Positions 13,434 through 24,664 of a DNA stretch of 64,000 nt are shown here, one piece after another. The stretch is from positions 407,049 to 471,048 of the forward strand of contig JBNGIO010006371.1 in the NCBI GenBank assembly GCA_049999805.1, written 5' to 3'. Under the pieces are notes generated by a model. The model searched no databases. It saw nothing but the letters and a program-made list of their open reading frames with translations, and was not told where the DNA came from. Source of the DNA: Folioceros fuciformis (taxonomy: Eukaryota). Position numbers and translations under genes: made by a program. Numbering within the stretch: the stretch's first letter is position 1; each line of letters starts with the position of its first letter.

Positions 13434-14144
13434 TCCGCTTCTTCCCTTTCCTTTCTAGGTGGGACTTATTTGCTTCTCTCAGTATGCTAGTGGCCCTCCA
13501 GCACCCCCTTCTTTGCTCTGCCCTCCTGTGGTGGTTCAGTTTTGCTTGGGTGGCGGTAATGTCGACGAGGCCTCCTCCTCCTCTTCCTCCTCCTTGTAGA
13601 TTAGGCAGCACAAGCATCTCTTCTTCTCTTCCTCCCCACTCCTACTCCTCTCCTGCCCTTGCCGTTGCTCTTTTTTCCTGGGAGGCGAAGGAATACTGAG
13701 ACTCAGGCACGGGGGGGTGTCTTGTTAAACTTGGTCGGGACATCTCCAGGCATAGCTTACGTATCATTTAACAGGACCAGGAATTGGGGTTCGAGGCAAC
13801 CCCTTCCTGCTCTGCAACTGTGTATCAATCAAGCTGTGTAATTTTTAAGTTTTGATGCAGCAATACACGGGGCCTTGTCTCTTATCTGTCTCCTCCCCCA
13901 CATGCGATTCTTGCATCAGCTCTCCCTGTCACTCCCTTTACGTTGTCTTTGTAATGTGGGTGCCTCACTGTTCTAATTGGTGTTTCAGGATGCATCTCCG
14001 GCTGCTGGCTTCCAAAAGTCCCTTCCATGGACTCCACTCCGTACTTTCCTGTTGGTCACAGATCTCTGACCGATGAGCCAAAGGCTGGCTTGGGCTTTAT
14101 CCTGCGGCCCCCACCTCCCCTGAAATCTCTACTTTCGACGAAGA

Positions 14145-14600
14145 AAAAATCTCATGATCAGGCATAGCAAAGTTTGTGGTTGCCATGTAGTGCTTATGTA
14201 GTCTGGGTTTTCGCTTCACCGAGCGTAGCAGTAGCAGCCTGCGATTTTCATCTCATAGGCTCACCAGGTTGGTTGTTTTGACACGCCCGGACGGAGGACA
14301 CAAAGACAGACTACTGCCTGAGAAGGGACATTCGATGACTGCGGAGACAAGTGGGCTGCTCTGTTAGAATTGCAACAGAAACCAGCCGCTGAAGTGCAAG
14401 TAATTGCTGCCCCCACGACAGCAAGGCATGTGCCCCTTTGCTGTGTAGAATCTGCAAACGATGTATTTGTCATGACCCATTCCATTGTCTGCTCTTTGCT
14501 TGCACAGGCGTATCTGGATCAACAAGCGAGGCTTCCTAATCGAATCCAGACTTGACAAATTCCTGAAGACGCTGCCATGAACATCTACAGTGCTCTGCAG
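14145..14600 (+). pseudogene. Decayed inverted duplicate of the DUF3128 gene at 4587-5134
   Basis: EGTFDDCGDKWAALL...KPAAEVQ|gtaa...gcacag|AYLDQQARLPNRIQT*QIPEDAA aligns with the parent EGAFDDCRGKWSALW...RPAAEVQ|gtaa...gcacag|AYLDEKARPPLHIWTFRTPEEA. Same intron position; in-frame stop and indels. Confidence 0.8.
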
Positions 14601-14874
14601 TTAGGCATCATATTTGGGAACTGTCCACTCCCTTGAAGGAAAACACAAAAAACTCCCATCTCATCTGCCGCCACTGCTGTTAGATCTCACATCCACGACA
14701 CTTGTGACGCATTTGGTATTTGGATTCGGAAGAATCTGGCAGGTCAGTCTGTAATGTTGTCACAGCAATTGATGGAATGAAAAGTTACATTTTCCCCCTC
14801 CTTTATGTAAAAGTGTACGCAGCGGGAGTTACAGTGGTTTGCCCCAGCGTCGTGCGTGCTGGAAGACGTGTGCA

Positions 14875-16542
14875 ATGTCTCCTCTTCAAACGCATGTGTG
14901 GGTTTGCCTGTGCTTGCTTATCACGTTATCGACAGCAACAAGCGGGAGCCCTCAGGACGCAATAGAGCGCTTCAGACAGTACTTGCGGATCAAGACAGTG
15001 CAACCTGATCCAGATTACAAGTCGGCTGTGAATTTCCTGCAAGAGCAGGCGGAATCCATAGGAGGGCTCCACTCCAAAGTTGTGGAATATGTGGAAAACA
15101 AGCCTCTCCTTGTTCTCTCCTGGAATGGGTCGGACCCCAGCCTTCCATCTGTCCTGCTTAACTCGCACATGGATGTGGTGGCTGTGGAGGAAGACAACTG
15201 GAAGTACGACCCGTTCGAAGCAGTGATGGAAGAGAACGGAAACATCTATGCAAGGGGGACCCAGGACATGAAGAGCGTCACCATGCAATATTTGGAGGCC
15301 ATCAGGAACCTGAAGACAGCAGGATTTCAGCCTCTGAGAACCATTCACCTGTCCTTCGTGCCCGATGAAGAGACTGGAGGAGAAGCTGGGGTTGAAGCGT
15401 TTGTAGAATCTGGCGACTTCTCGTCCCTCAACGTGGGCATAGTTTTGGATGAGGGGATGGCATCCGAGAAGGAAAATTTTAGGGTCTTCAATGGTGAAAG
15501 GTGGTGTCTCATTACTCGGGTCTGCTTCCTTGCTTGGTAACAGCGGGATGTGCGTAGCTCTCACTTGTTTGAATGTGGGTTTCTTAAAGGTCTCCCTGGT
15601 GGCTGACGATCAAGGCCTATGGAAAGTCGGATCATGGATCAAGGCTTTTTGACAACAGTGCTCTGCAAAATCTCTTTAAAAGCATTGCCAGCATAACAAG
15701 TTTTCGAGAATCTCAGTTTGACCTTTGGAAGGCAGGCTTAGCTGCGGAGGGAGACGTCATCTCAGTCAATCCAGTATACCTTCGGGCCGGCACACTGACG
15801 CAAACTGTACTACACTACCACCTGTGTACTTCGTGTCCTTCACATGCATCCTTGGATTCGCTCCTGCACATTTCTCTATCTGCTTATCGCGTCGGTTGCC
15901 TGATTGATGCAGGGGTATGTATCTAACATACAGCCTTCAGAAGCAGAAGCAGGACTAGATATCCGGGTGCCCCCATTTGTAGACACTGCCGCGTTGGAGA
16001 AGAGAATATCTGAGGAGTGGGCACCGGCTTCCAGAAACATGACGTATGAGGTAAGGTCAAAGCTCTCTCCCATATCTCCCCCCACTGGATACTCCGATCG
16101 AACAGTACTGAAGGTGCTGTCTATCTATCTATGCCCAGTACATACAAAAAGGATCGGTTATTCCACTCGAGCTGGCCCTCACAACCGCGGATGAGACAAA
16201 TCCGTGGTGGCTGCTGTTGACGAAGGCTGTGGAGGAAGCCGGTGGTATAACTAAGAAGTCGGAGATATTTCCAGCGACAGGGGATGCACGCCTGATCAGG
16301 CCACTGGGGGTTCCAGCGTTTGGATTCTCACCCATGGCCGACACTCCAATTCTGCTGCACCAAGACAATGAGGTAAGGCTCAACTCCTTATGCCACAGTC
16401 TCCAGATGCCTTTCAGTGACTTATGAGGTGACACGCCTTCTTGCAGTTTCTGAATGCTGCGGTGTACCTGAAGGGCATATCAGTTTATGAGGAGATACTG
16501 AAGGCGTTTGCCACGTTCAGAGGCTTCTATGAAGAGATGTAG
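14875..16542 (+). CDS. ACY1: Aminoacylase-1 (peptidase M20A) with N-terminal signal peptide (multi-exon)
   Basis: AIERFRQYLRIKTVQPDPDY; SVLLNSHMDVV; IYARGTQDMKSV; SFVPDEETGG; VLDEG; VFNGER/SPWWL; FPATGDAR; FSPMADTPILLHQDNE/FL. Ends FYEEM*. Confidence 0.95.
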
Positions 16543-16683
16543 GCACAGCCTTACAACCAACAGAGCGATAGCTGTGGTTGTTAACTTGCTGCCAAAGAGA
16601 ATTAGACTGCTGTCCACAACCTGTTCCTCCCGAGCTTGATGTCGACTTCATCCAGCATTATCCATTTGACTGCAAAACTTTCA

Positions 16684-18465
16684 TCATGTAGGAACTTGAA
16701 CCCCACTCGCTCCTACAATTGTGTAGGTGATCACATTCGGTTGAATTCCCTGAGGCCCCATATCCGCAAAGATTCTGAGAGCCATTCCCTTGTCACCAGC
16801 CCTTTTGAAGCCATTTATGATGGCGTTGTATGTAATCACATCAGGTGGGAAACCCTGCCCCTTCATCTCCTCGAATATCTTGTAAGCTTCTTTCACTCTT
16901 CCAGCCTTCCCAAGCCTGTCCACCACAATGTTGTAAGCTATAAGGTCGAGAACACCGCCTCTCCTTCTCATTTCATTGAATAAATTAAGTAATTTGTCGA
17001 TGTGGCCAGCATATCCTGCAGCCTTCATAAGAATACTGTACGTGACAGGAGATGGAGAAATGCCCTGCTTTTTCATGTCCTCGAATAGCTCAAACGCTTT
17101 GTCCATCTGACCTGCCTGCCCGATACCAATCAAAAGGGAGTTGTATGTGATCACATCCGGTGTCACTTCCCGATCTTGCATGTGTTGGAAAATCTGATAT
17201 GCCTCCTCCAGCTTGTTGGCTCTACCGCATGCGTTTATTAACACATTGTACGTAACCACATTTGGTGTCCACCCCTTGTCCTCCATGTCAGCAAAAACCT
17301 TCAAGGCAGTGCTCAACCTGCCCGTCTTTCCTAGTCCGTTAATGATAGTGTTGTAAGAAGTCATTCCAGTCGTACTCTTGATCTTCATCTCGTCAAACAG
17401 CTGCATAGCTTCACCCATCCTTCCTGCAGTTACAAACCCCTTTAACAAAACATTGCCAACCACCCCATCTGGAACAATCCCCTTGGCCCTCATCTCCTCA
17501 TACATCTTAAGTGCCTCATCCAATTTCTTGTCCTGCCCTAACCCATCAATCAGAATAGTGTACGTGCGTGCATCCGGTTCACACCCTTCCTTTTGCATCT
17601 CCAAGTAAAGATCCCAAGCTCGATGAGGATCTCCTCCTTTGATGAGCAAATCGATCATACAGTTGTAAGCTACGGTGTTGACACTCACACCTCGGCCTTT
17701 CAGGCGATAGAACACCTTAATTGCACCCTTAACCTTCTTTGCCCTCCCATAGCTCACCAAGAGTGTGCTCAAGGTGACAGCGTCCACCTCACATCCGCTT
17801 CGTTCCATACTTGCCAGCACCCTCCACATGTCGTCAAACTGTCCTGCAGCTCCCAGTATCTTGAGCAATATGTTGTATGTGACGCTGTCATGACTGAAAT
17901 CGGGTTGCCTTCCAGCCCAATCAAAGAACTTCAAAGCAGTCGTGGCATCTCTCACTGACTTCAGCACCTCACTTACTTGAAACAGATTCAGCTGCCCTTC
18001 CAAAGGCTTCAAAGCATACTTGGTGCAGTCTCCCCAAGGCCCGTTTTGCAGAATGTCACGCGCATGGGCGACTTTTGACCTCGCTAGACGGCGCTCTCTG
18101 TCTGCTTCCGTCTCTTTCCTTGACCCTGAACGATTGAGTGGTGCAGTCTTCGCCATACCCCTTAGGGCCCTTGTAGCCAAGCCACGACGTTCCTGTCCAG
18201 GACCTTGACCAGCTGATGGGGCATCCTCTTTCCTTTGTCCTGTGATACTCTCTAGCGTGCAAGCATGCAAAAGTTCATGCCTCTCAAGCATCCACCAGGT
18301 TGGCGCCAACCTCGGTGAGAGGCTGAACAGAATCCGCATCCGGCATGGGAGTCTGGGCATCCGGTTCGCAAGGGTGAGAGGCATCACTTTCGGAGCTTGA
18401 AGCAACTGATTCCTCAGAATGGTCTGTAACCTGTCGCCGCGCTCTGCTCTCGGAGGTCCCTTCAC
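16684..18465 (-). CDS. P-class pentatricopeptide repeat protein (about 11 motifs)
   Basis: ALKFFDWAGRQPDFSHDSVTYN is followed by serial 35-aa motifs (e.g. PNVVTYNVLINACGRANKLEEAYQIFQHM). No E/DYW domain. The N-terminus is uncertain. Confidence 0.92.
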   Translation of the reverse strand: MKGPPRAERGDRLQTILRNQLLQAPKVMPLTLANRMPRLPCRMRILFSLSPRLAPTWWMLERHELLHACTLESITGQRKEDAPSAGQGPGQERRGLATRALRGMAKTAPLNRSGSRKETEADRERRLARSKVAHARDILQNGPWGDCTKYALKPLEGQLNLFQVSEVLKSVRDATTALKFFDWAGRQPDFSHDSVTYNILLKILGAAGQFDDMWRVLASMERSGCEVDAVTLSTLLVSYGRAKKVKGAIKVFYRLKGRGVSVNTVAYNCMIDLLIKGGDPHRAWDLYLEMQKEGCEPDARTYTILIDGLGQDKKLDEALKMYEEMRAKGIVPDGVVGNVLLKGFVTAGRMGEAMQLFDEMKIKSTTGMTSYNTIINGLGKTGRLSTALKVFADMEDKGWTPNVVTYNVLINACGRANKLEEAYQIFQHMQDREVTPDVITYNSLLIGIGQAGQMDKAFELFEDMKKQGISPSPVTYSILMKAAGYAGHIDKLLNLFNEMRRRGGVLDLIAYNIVVDRLGKAGRVKEAYKIFEEMKGQGFPPDVITYNAIINGFKRAGDKGMALRIFADMGPQGIQPNVITYTIVGASGVQVPT

Positions 18466-19085
18466 GAGTCGTGAAGTTTGCGCAAATTGTCCCCGGACGT
18501 ATGCTCACCGCGTCGAGAGACCCATGCCCTGCAGTTGCTGTGCGTAGAGTGAGCTGCCAAGAATGAGACCATCGAAGAGATGGCAATCCTTTGCTGCAAG
18601 CTGCAACAATTCCAAAACCTACGAAGGAGTACGCTTTCGTCATGGATTGCTCTGAGCCCATGAAAACGACATTGAGACCGGTAATTACGACAAAACACAA
18701 GGATGAACTTTTTGTTCTCACAGCAACAGAGCCTGGCAAACAAGAGTTCTATATGGAAGTACGATGCCTCTTGCACTCTTTCTTGCCTGTCTGGCTGCAG
18801 GCAGCGTTAACACTTCTCACCAGCCATTGACGTCCTGAAAAGTTTTCCAGGTGCCATCTTGGACCGTGTGCAGATTTCCTCTGCACGTCAGACATCGTCT
18901 GAATTATGAGATCCTACCCAAGAGAAATGGCACAGGCATTGACAAGCCCACAACGAATGCTACCTTGTCCATGTTCCATCGAGAGACTTGCAGCTTTGTG
19001 ATTGGCTTCCCATCTCTTTGAGGGTATGATGCATTGCACGAGGCCGACCCCGGCATGGGTGACACGCAAAGGTCCTCAGAATCTC

Positions 19086-20780
19086 CTAAGAAGGCCTCCA
19101 AGGATCTTCCAGCAGCATGCGGCGCAGAGCAACAACCTCCTTGACCAAATTTCTGTAGGTGAATGGACGGACTGCAGACTTCAAGAGTAGTTCTGAGGAA
19201 ACGTCACCGTCGTCATCTCTCTCTGCAGAGATGGTGGCTCTGGAAGTCTGAAATGACGAGGAGACGGGAGTCTTCGCAGCTTTGGCTTCATCAGTAGTGT
19301 CCCCCTCCTTCCAGAGATTCTTCACGTCCAAACTGTCTACGTCTTCATCCAGATTATCACCTCCTTCAAGCACTTCCACTTCATCCAACCACTTATCGCT
19401 TCCCGGCCCATCTAGTTTGAAGTCTCCTTCCTTCAGACCCTCCCTCCCTCCAAACCTTTTGTACTCTTCCCAAGGTGAGAGTTCTTCTTCATCATCATCA
19501 TCCACAACCTCTCCATCCTCACTATCATCCTCCCCTTCATCTTCAACATCACTTGCTTCCCCTCCCTCCTCCTCGTCTTCCTCGTCTGACAATTCTTCAT
19601 TCCTCTCCAGCTCTTCCTCGTGTGCAGCTTGCTTTGCCCTCCACTCAGCTCTTCTGGTGCCCTCCGTGTAGGGATAGAGGAGAGAAACAGGGTGGTTAGT
19701 CAGGAGGTGCTCCACAACCTTCATCCTCCCCTCCCGCGATAATTTGTCATAGGCAGCAGCAGCTTCCTCTTCCTTCACATTCATATTCACGTCCAGTAAC
19801 CTACAAAGCTTTCCATAGTAAGACACGCATCTCTTCCCTGCGTCGGTCTCCAGATCAGGGTTGACAAGATGGCACAGGACCTGCAAGAACTCCAGCTGCT
19901 TCTCAGTCCTCAGCTGATACTTTGGCTTCCTCACATACGTCAGATCCGGGCGCTCCCAAGCCACGCACTGAGTGATCACATTCCGCATAGCCTTGTCCAG
20001 CCTAAACCCCAACCTCCATTTATCAGGCTCTGTCGCTGATTCCACGACCACCTGAGCTACAAGAGTCCAGTCCTCCCAGGGCGCCAACACAACCGCACTC
20101 GGTCTCACGCTTCTGGCGAACGCCCAGTAATAATGCAAGCCAACGTCCTGACTCATCTGCTTCAACTTGTTGTCGTAGTTGATGGTAGCATCCACCCTAG
20201 CCATCTCTTCTGCCTCCTCATCACCCCCATTCAACGTGGTCATGGTAACTGCCAGAGAGTCCCCAAGCTTGCCTGGCACAGGCTTCCCAATCACATCTGC
20301 CCTCCACCAATAGGGCCCGTAAGGCCCATACTTGTAGTACTCGTCAGGCATTCTGACGCCAGGATCTAGCTCTTTAACCACAACCTTCTTCTTCACCACT
20401 GTAGCCTTCTTCTCCACCCGCTTCTCGATCCTGCCTCCTCCTCCTTTCCTCTTGGCCTTGCTCCTCCCAGCTTGCACTCTCACATCCCTCTCCACCACTC
20501 GCCAATCCAAGCCACTCCTGCTGCCAGTGCTTGCAACACCTCTGCCCTCTCCCACCACCGGCCCCTCATCCCCAAATGCTCGAGTGCACTCAACTCCTCC
20601 TCTTCCCGGTTTCACCACGCTGGTCCAAAGACGGTCCCTCCACACGACCGGCAAGCCTCGCCTCAACCCTACCCACTGCCCAGGTCTTTTCCGCAACCCA
20701 CTAAACCTGCGGTCAGAACGTGCAACCCATTCAGCCGAGAAGGCAGACGGGCACGGTGGAACCAGCAACGAAGCCGCCAT
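19086..20780 (-). CDS. Plant-specific, likely plastid-targeted protein with acidic tract (resembles Arabidopsis At3g14900/EMB3120, from memory)
   Basis: Single ORF of ~564 aa with a Ser/Arg-rich transit-like N-terminus. Motifs YGPYWWR, LDKAMRNVITQCVAWERPD, HLLTNHPVSLLYPYT, a D/E-rich tract and the C-terminal SAVRPFTYRNLVKEV. Confidence 0.75.
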   Translation of the reverse strand: MAASLLVPPCPSAFSAEWVARSDRRFSGLRKRPGQWVGLRRGLPVVWRDRLWTSVVKPGRGGVECTRAFGDEGPVVGEGRGVASTGSRSGLDWRVVERDVRVQAGRSKAKRKGGGGRIEKRVEKKATVVKKKVVVKELDPGVRMPDEYYKYGPYGPYWWRADVIGKPVPGKLGDSLAVTMTTLNGGDEEAEEMARVDATINYDNKLKQMSQDVGLHYYWAFARSVRPSAVVLAPWEDWTLVAQVVVESATEPDKWRLGFRLDKAMRNVITQCVAWERPDLTYVRKPKYQLRTEKQLEFLQVLCHLVNPDLETDAGKRCVSYYGKLCRLLDVNMNVKEEEAAAAYDKLSREGRMKVVEHLLTNHPVSLLYPYTEGTRRAEWRAKQAAHEEELERNEELSDEEDEEEGGEASDVEDEGEDDSEDGEVVDDDDEEELSPWEEYKRFGGREGLKEGDFKLDGPGSDKWLDEVEVLEGGDNLDEDVDSLDVKNLWKEGDTTDEAKAAKTPVSSSFQTSRATISAERDDDGDVSSELLLKSAVRPFTYRNLVKEVVALRRMLLEDPWRPS

Positions 20781-21535
20781 CTCTGTGGTCAGATGGAGCA
20801 AGTGTCGTCCAATAACAGATCACAGACACCATCTTCCTGTCTGTTTCCAATGCACTTCATCGCTTTCGGGGTGTTAAGTCCTCTCGAAGATTAATGCTGG
20901 CCAGGACATCCAGCCGTCCCTCGGACCTCCTGACAAGGTCTCTTTCAAATCGCGATGGGGAACCTCTCGTCCGCAGTTGCAGAAGTGAGGGAAAGTCTTC
21001 CCATTTTTTAACATGAATTCCGCCCCTCATCGCACGTGCAGATCTCCATGAGCGCTGTTGGTGCTATTGGCAGCGACACCCCTCTCCGCACGTACATAAT
21101 AAATCAGGTTTACCAAAATTGGTGCTGCACCTAGGATCGCTCCGCCATACTTTCGTCATTAAGGAGCCCAAGATTTGGGAGCTTCCCCCTACGTGGTAGA
21201 GGAGCCACAAATCCAGGAGTGCAGAATTTCCGGACCCAGGCAGTTTCTAAAACGCACATCCCTCCATGCAGCATTCGTCGTTCACGGGGAAAAGAATGTA
21301 GACAAGTTGCTGTATCGGTAACTACATACAGTCAGTCGCTCTATGGCGTTGCGCCTCATTGCAACAAAAGACGGACAAAATTTCACCGAAGAAATGCTCT
21401 CCATTCCTACCAACTCCCGCAGCTGAAACTGCAAGAGAAAATTCCGCGGAAACCCCAACCGTGACGAGAAGACCGACAGTGTGTCCAATTCATTCCGAGG
21501 CACACACTTTTCCATCCATCCTTCCCCCTTCCCTG

Positions 21536-22954
21536 TCACACCAGATGCCGGGAGCTGAGATCGAATGCGAAGGGCGCGCAAACAGCCTGCCAGTCAGTAT
21601 GCCTGTCCTCAAACCTGTCCCAGAAATACGCAAACCATCCCCGCCATGTCCCGAGCTCCGTGTTGTAGCAAAGCAAGCCCCGGCATCCAGTGGGCCGATT
21701 CATCCTTCCGACAGTGTACCGGTGCACGAAGGATATGCAAATCGAGTCCCCGGACGACACGATCCTGCGCTCGGCTCCCCGCCGCACATGCTTCCAGTCG
21801 CAGCAAAGCGCCTTCACATCCTGCTCCGGTAGGACGGCAACAACATAGCTGGGGTTATCCCTTTCCCCTTCCTCCTCCTCCTTCACCTCCTTCTCGAGAT
21901 ACAGCCTCACCACGCTCACATCCCTCTTCGCATGCACGTAATAGATGTGCCCGCGGTGCTGCACCACGCTGAAGGGCACCCCCTCCAGCCGGGTGAAGCT
22001 CCAGGTTTCCAACGCCCATTGCACGCACACAGGGACGCTGATCCTTGACACAAAATCCCTTAACAGCACGCAGCTGCAGTACTCTCGCTCAACCGCCTGC
22101 ATCTCGCTCTCCTTCGCCTCCTCCTTCGCCTTCTCGCCATCTGCGTCCGCCATCTCCACGTCCCCGTCCTGCTCCTCCACCTGCCCCCGCCGTCGCCACC
22201 CCGGCACCAAGTCCGTGGGGGAGAGGCTTTGCCAGGCCGAGGCCCGCGAGTCGTACACCCGTAGGGCGTGATACCCTCGGTCATGGCCCTTGCTCCGCCC
22301 GCATCCCACAAAGAGCTTGTACCGGTCCTCGGAGACCCAGAGCGTGGCGAACCGCGGGCAGTAGTTCTCAGGGAGCTCCATCCGGGGCAGGCAGAGGCTC
22401 CTGCGAGTCACGGGATGGCAGACGTACAGCGGCTGCTCGATGCTAGAGGCGTCCTCGCTCAGGCGGGCCAGGCAGAGCAGGCCCCCGGCCGAAGCAATGG
22501 GCCGCAGCCCGATGTCCGGGAGGAAGGAGAGGCCGACAGAGATCATCCGCACTGAGGGAGGGAGGCCGATCCTCCCCGTGGTGCCGTGCCGGTGGAGCAG
22601 CACGCCCAGCAGGGGCCTGCTCCCCAGCCCCTGCCAATCGTCCAGGAACTTGCCGTTCGTGAGCAGGCGAAGCCAGTGCTTGCACACGGCCCGGAAACAG
22701 AACAGCTCTCGGAGCGGGAGCTGCAGGAGGACCCTCTCCAGGATCTCCGGCGGGAGGAGGCTCCACATGCGGGGGTCCATCTCCTTCCCCTCCTGCATCC
22801 TGCTGTCATCTGCGGCTCCGGCTTCGGCCAATTCCATCACCATTCGGACGCGCAACATGGCCGCGGGCCTCGCCTGGCCCTGGCCCTGGACCTGGCCCTC
22901 ACCCTCAACCTGACCCTTGACCTTACCTCTGCCCTCGCCGCGAGGATCAGGCAT
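21536..22954 (-). CDS. F-box protein with F-box-associated/kelch-like C-terminal region
   Basis: MDPRMWSLLPPEILERVLLQLPLRELFCFRAVCKHW is the F-box. ASAGGLLCL, YVCHPVTRR and VYDSRASAW follow. Intronless, GC-rich. Confidence 0.9.
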   Translation of the reverse strand: MPDPRGEGRGKVKGQVEGEGQVQGQGQARPAAMLRVRMVMELAEAGAADDSRMQEGKEMDPRMWSLLPPEILERVLLQLPLRELFCFRAVCKHWLRLLTNGKFLDDWQGLGSRPLLGVLLHRHGTTGRIGLPPSVRMISVGLSFLPDIGLRPIASAGGLLCLARLSEDASSIEQPLYVCHPVTRRSLCLPRMELPENYCPRFATLWVSEDRYKLFVGCGRSKGHDRGYHALRVYDSRASAWQSLSPTDLVPGWRRRGQVEEQDGDVEMADADGEKAKEEAKESEMQAVEREYCSCVLLRDFVSRISVPVCVQWALETWSFTRLEGVPFSVVQHRGHIYYVHAKRDVSVVRLYLEKEVKEEEEGERDNPSYVVAVLPEQDVKALCCDWKHVRRGAERRIVSSGDSICISFVHRYTVGRMNRPTGCRGLLCYNTELGTWRGWFAYFWDRFEDRHTDWQAVCAPFAFDLSSRHLV

Positions 22955-24493
22955 CGGGAATTCGCCCCTCTCGGCCTGCAGCAGCCTCCACGCCCGCCTG
23001 TCCTTGCCGGCCCCGCCGTTGTACGTCTCGATTGCTCTGCGCGCTCGAGAAGCGATAACTCGGAATCACAACAAAATCCACTGTTATACGTTTCCATTTT
23101 CAAGTGAAGCTTTCTCGATTTCCAACCGGCCCGACCAGCAGCCCCGTCTTGTATCTACTGTCTCGGAGTCCAGAAATTTGCGCCCGTGGTCTGCTGCGCG
23201 TACGGCAAACCCTAGTTTCCCGAAGCTGCTCCACGCTAGCTAGCCATGGATTTCAGTGCCGCGTCCCAATGAAGTAGCGTCCTCTGCGTGCGGAGGTTTT
23301 CTTGTTCTTCGCGCCGAGCAAGGCGTCGATAGTGTTTCCTCCTTGCAAGCAGGAGCGCACGGCACCGAGGGTTTGTGAGGATTGACGAAGGATTGTAGTG
23401 GGAGGAATGTGCCATGTGGAGGCATCGTCAGCTCGCGGATCCAGAGGAAATGTAGGCCTGTACTTGCTTCCACGGACGGAATAGCGCAGGTGCCTGCAGC
23501 AACAGGGATTGGAGTAGAGTGTGCTGACGACGGAGGACACGCGCAACAGAATCGCTCCCAGCACTACCTCCTCCTGCTGCCAGCCAAGGCTAGGCACGCC
23601 GTGGTAGTTCAAGATCATCTACTGTGTCGTGTGCTTTGTCCGCACAGCATTTGGCTCTAAAGGGAATTTTGCGTTAAGCGGATGGAGGCGGATCACGCGT
23701 GCACGTGATGCCAAGAACAGAAACCGTCGAGTTTCCACCAAGCAATCTTGACTTTACATGGAAAAGGGGTGTGACAGGATCTCACGAGGACTCTGACATC
23801 TATTCTCACTGACATGGGGTTGCATGCGCGAGTAGCACTTTGTCATCTCATCCTCAGATCCCGACGCCAGAAAGCTTTTGATTTTCGGGATCAACCTTCG
23901 TGTGGATTGGTTGGACACAGTGAGTGGAGGCTCGAGATTGTCCCGGCCTATGTGTCTCTCATGAGATTCATTTGATGTCAGGAGGGAACCTTGTTGAATC
24001 TTCCCTTCGCATGCAGTTGTGCCACTTGTCGTCATAAAGTTCCACCAACCTCTTCAAGCAGCTGCCCAGGGCCCTCCTCTTCAGCAGGAACATTGGAGTG
24101 CTTTCCGGGATAAACTTTCACTCGGAAGACACCACGTTTCATAACCGGTTCGACATTTCGGGAACCTGCCTCAAGGCTTCCAAGCAAGGTGATATGCTAA
24201 TTCGAGATACCAAACACCCGTTACTGTTTTAAAAGTCTGTCATCTCTTGCTGGGAATATCCGTGTGGTCCGGTCCACTCAGTGCCTTGCAGTAGCATGTT
24301 AGACATCAATATTGATTAATACTTTACGAGGAAGATAGTTTGCTAAATGAAGTACTGTACTTTGTGAAGGATTAGCAAATATCTATGTTATCATAATATC
24401 TAGATTATTTTTTATAGTATATATATGTAGTTGATGTCGTATAATTTATTATCAGTTTTTTTCACATTCTTATTGAGATCTTTTAAAGATAGC

Positions 24494-24664
24494 ACTCAAC
24501 CCTTGAACTACAAGGTTAAGAAAATGCTATCTGGAGCATTCAACCCTTGAACTACAAGATTAAGAAATGTTATATGGAGTACTCAATTCTGTAACTACAA
24601 GGTTAAGATACTAAGATGCTATCTGGAGGGCCCAACCCTTTAACTGCAAGCTTCAGAAACTAAG
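24494..24664. repeat. ~43-49 bp tandem repeat x4 with internal CCTTG-N5-CAAGG hairpin
   Basis: Unit ACTCAACCCTTGAACTACAAGGTTAAGAAAATGCTATCTGGAGC recurs with divergence in an AT-rich intergenic block. Confidence 0.85.

Noticed and set aside
16684..17950. RNA-editing PLS/DYW factor
   Set aside because: Motifs are uniform P-type with no E or DYW domain.
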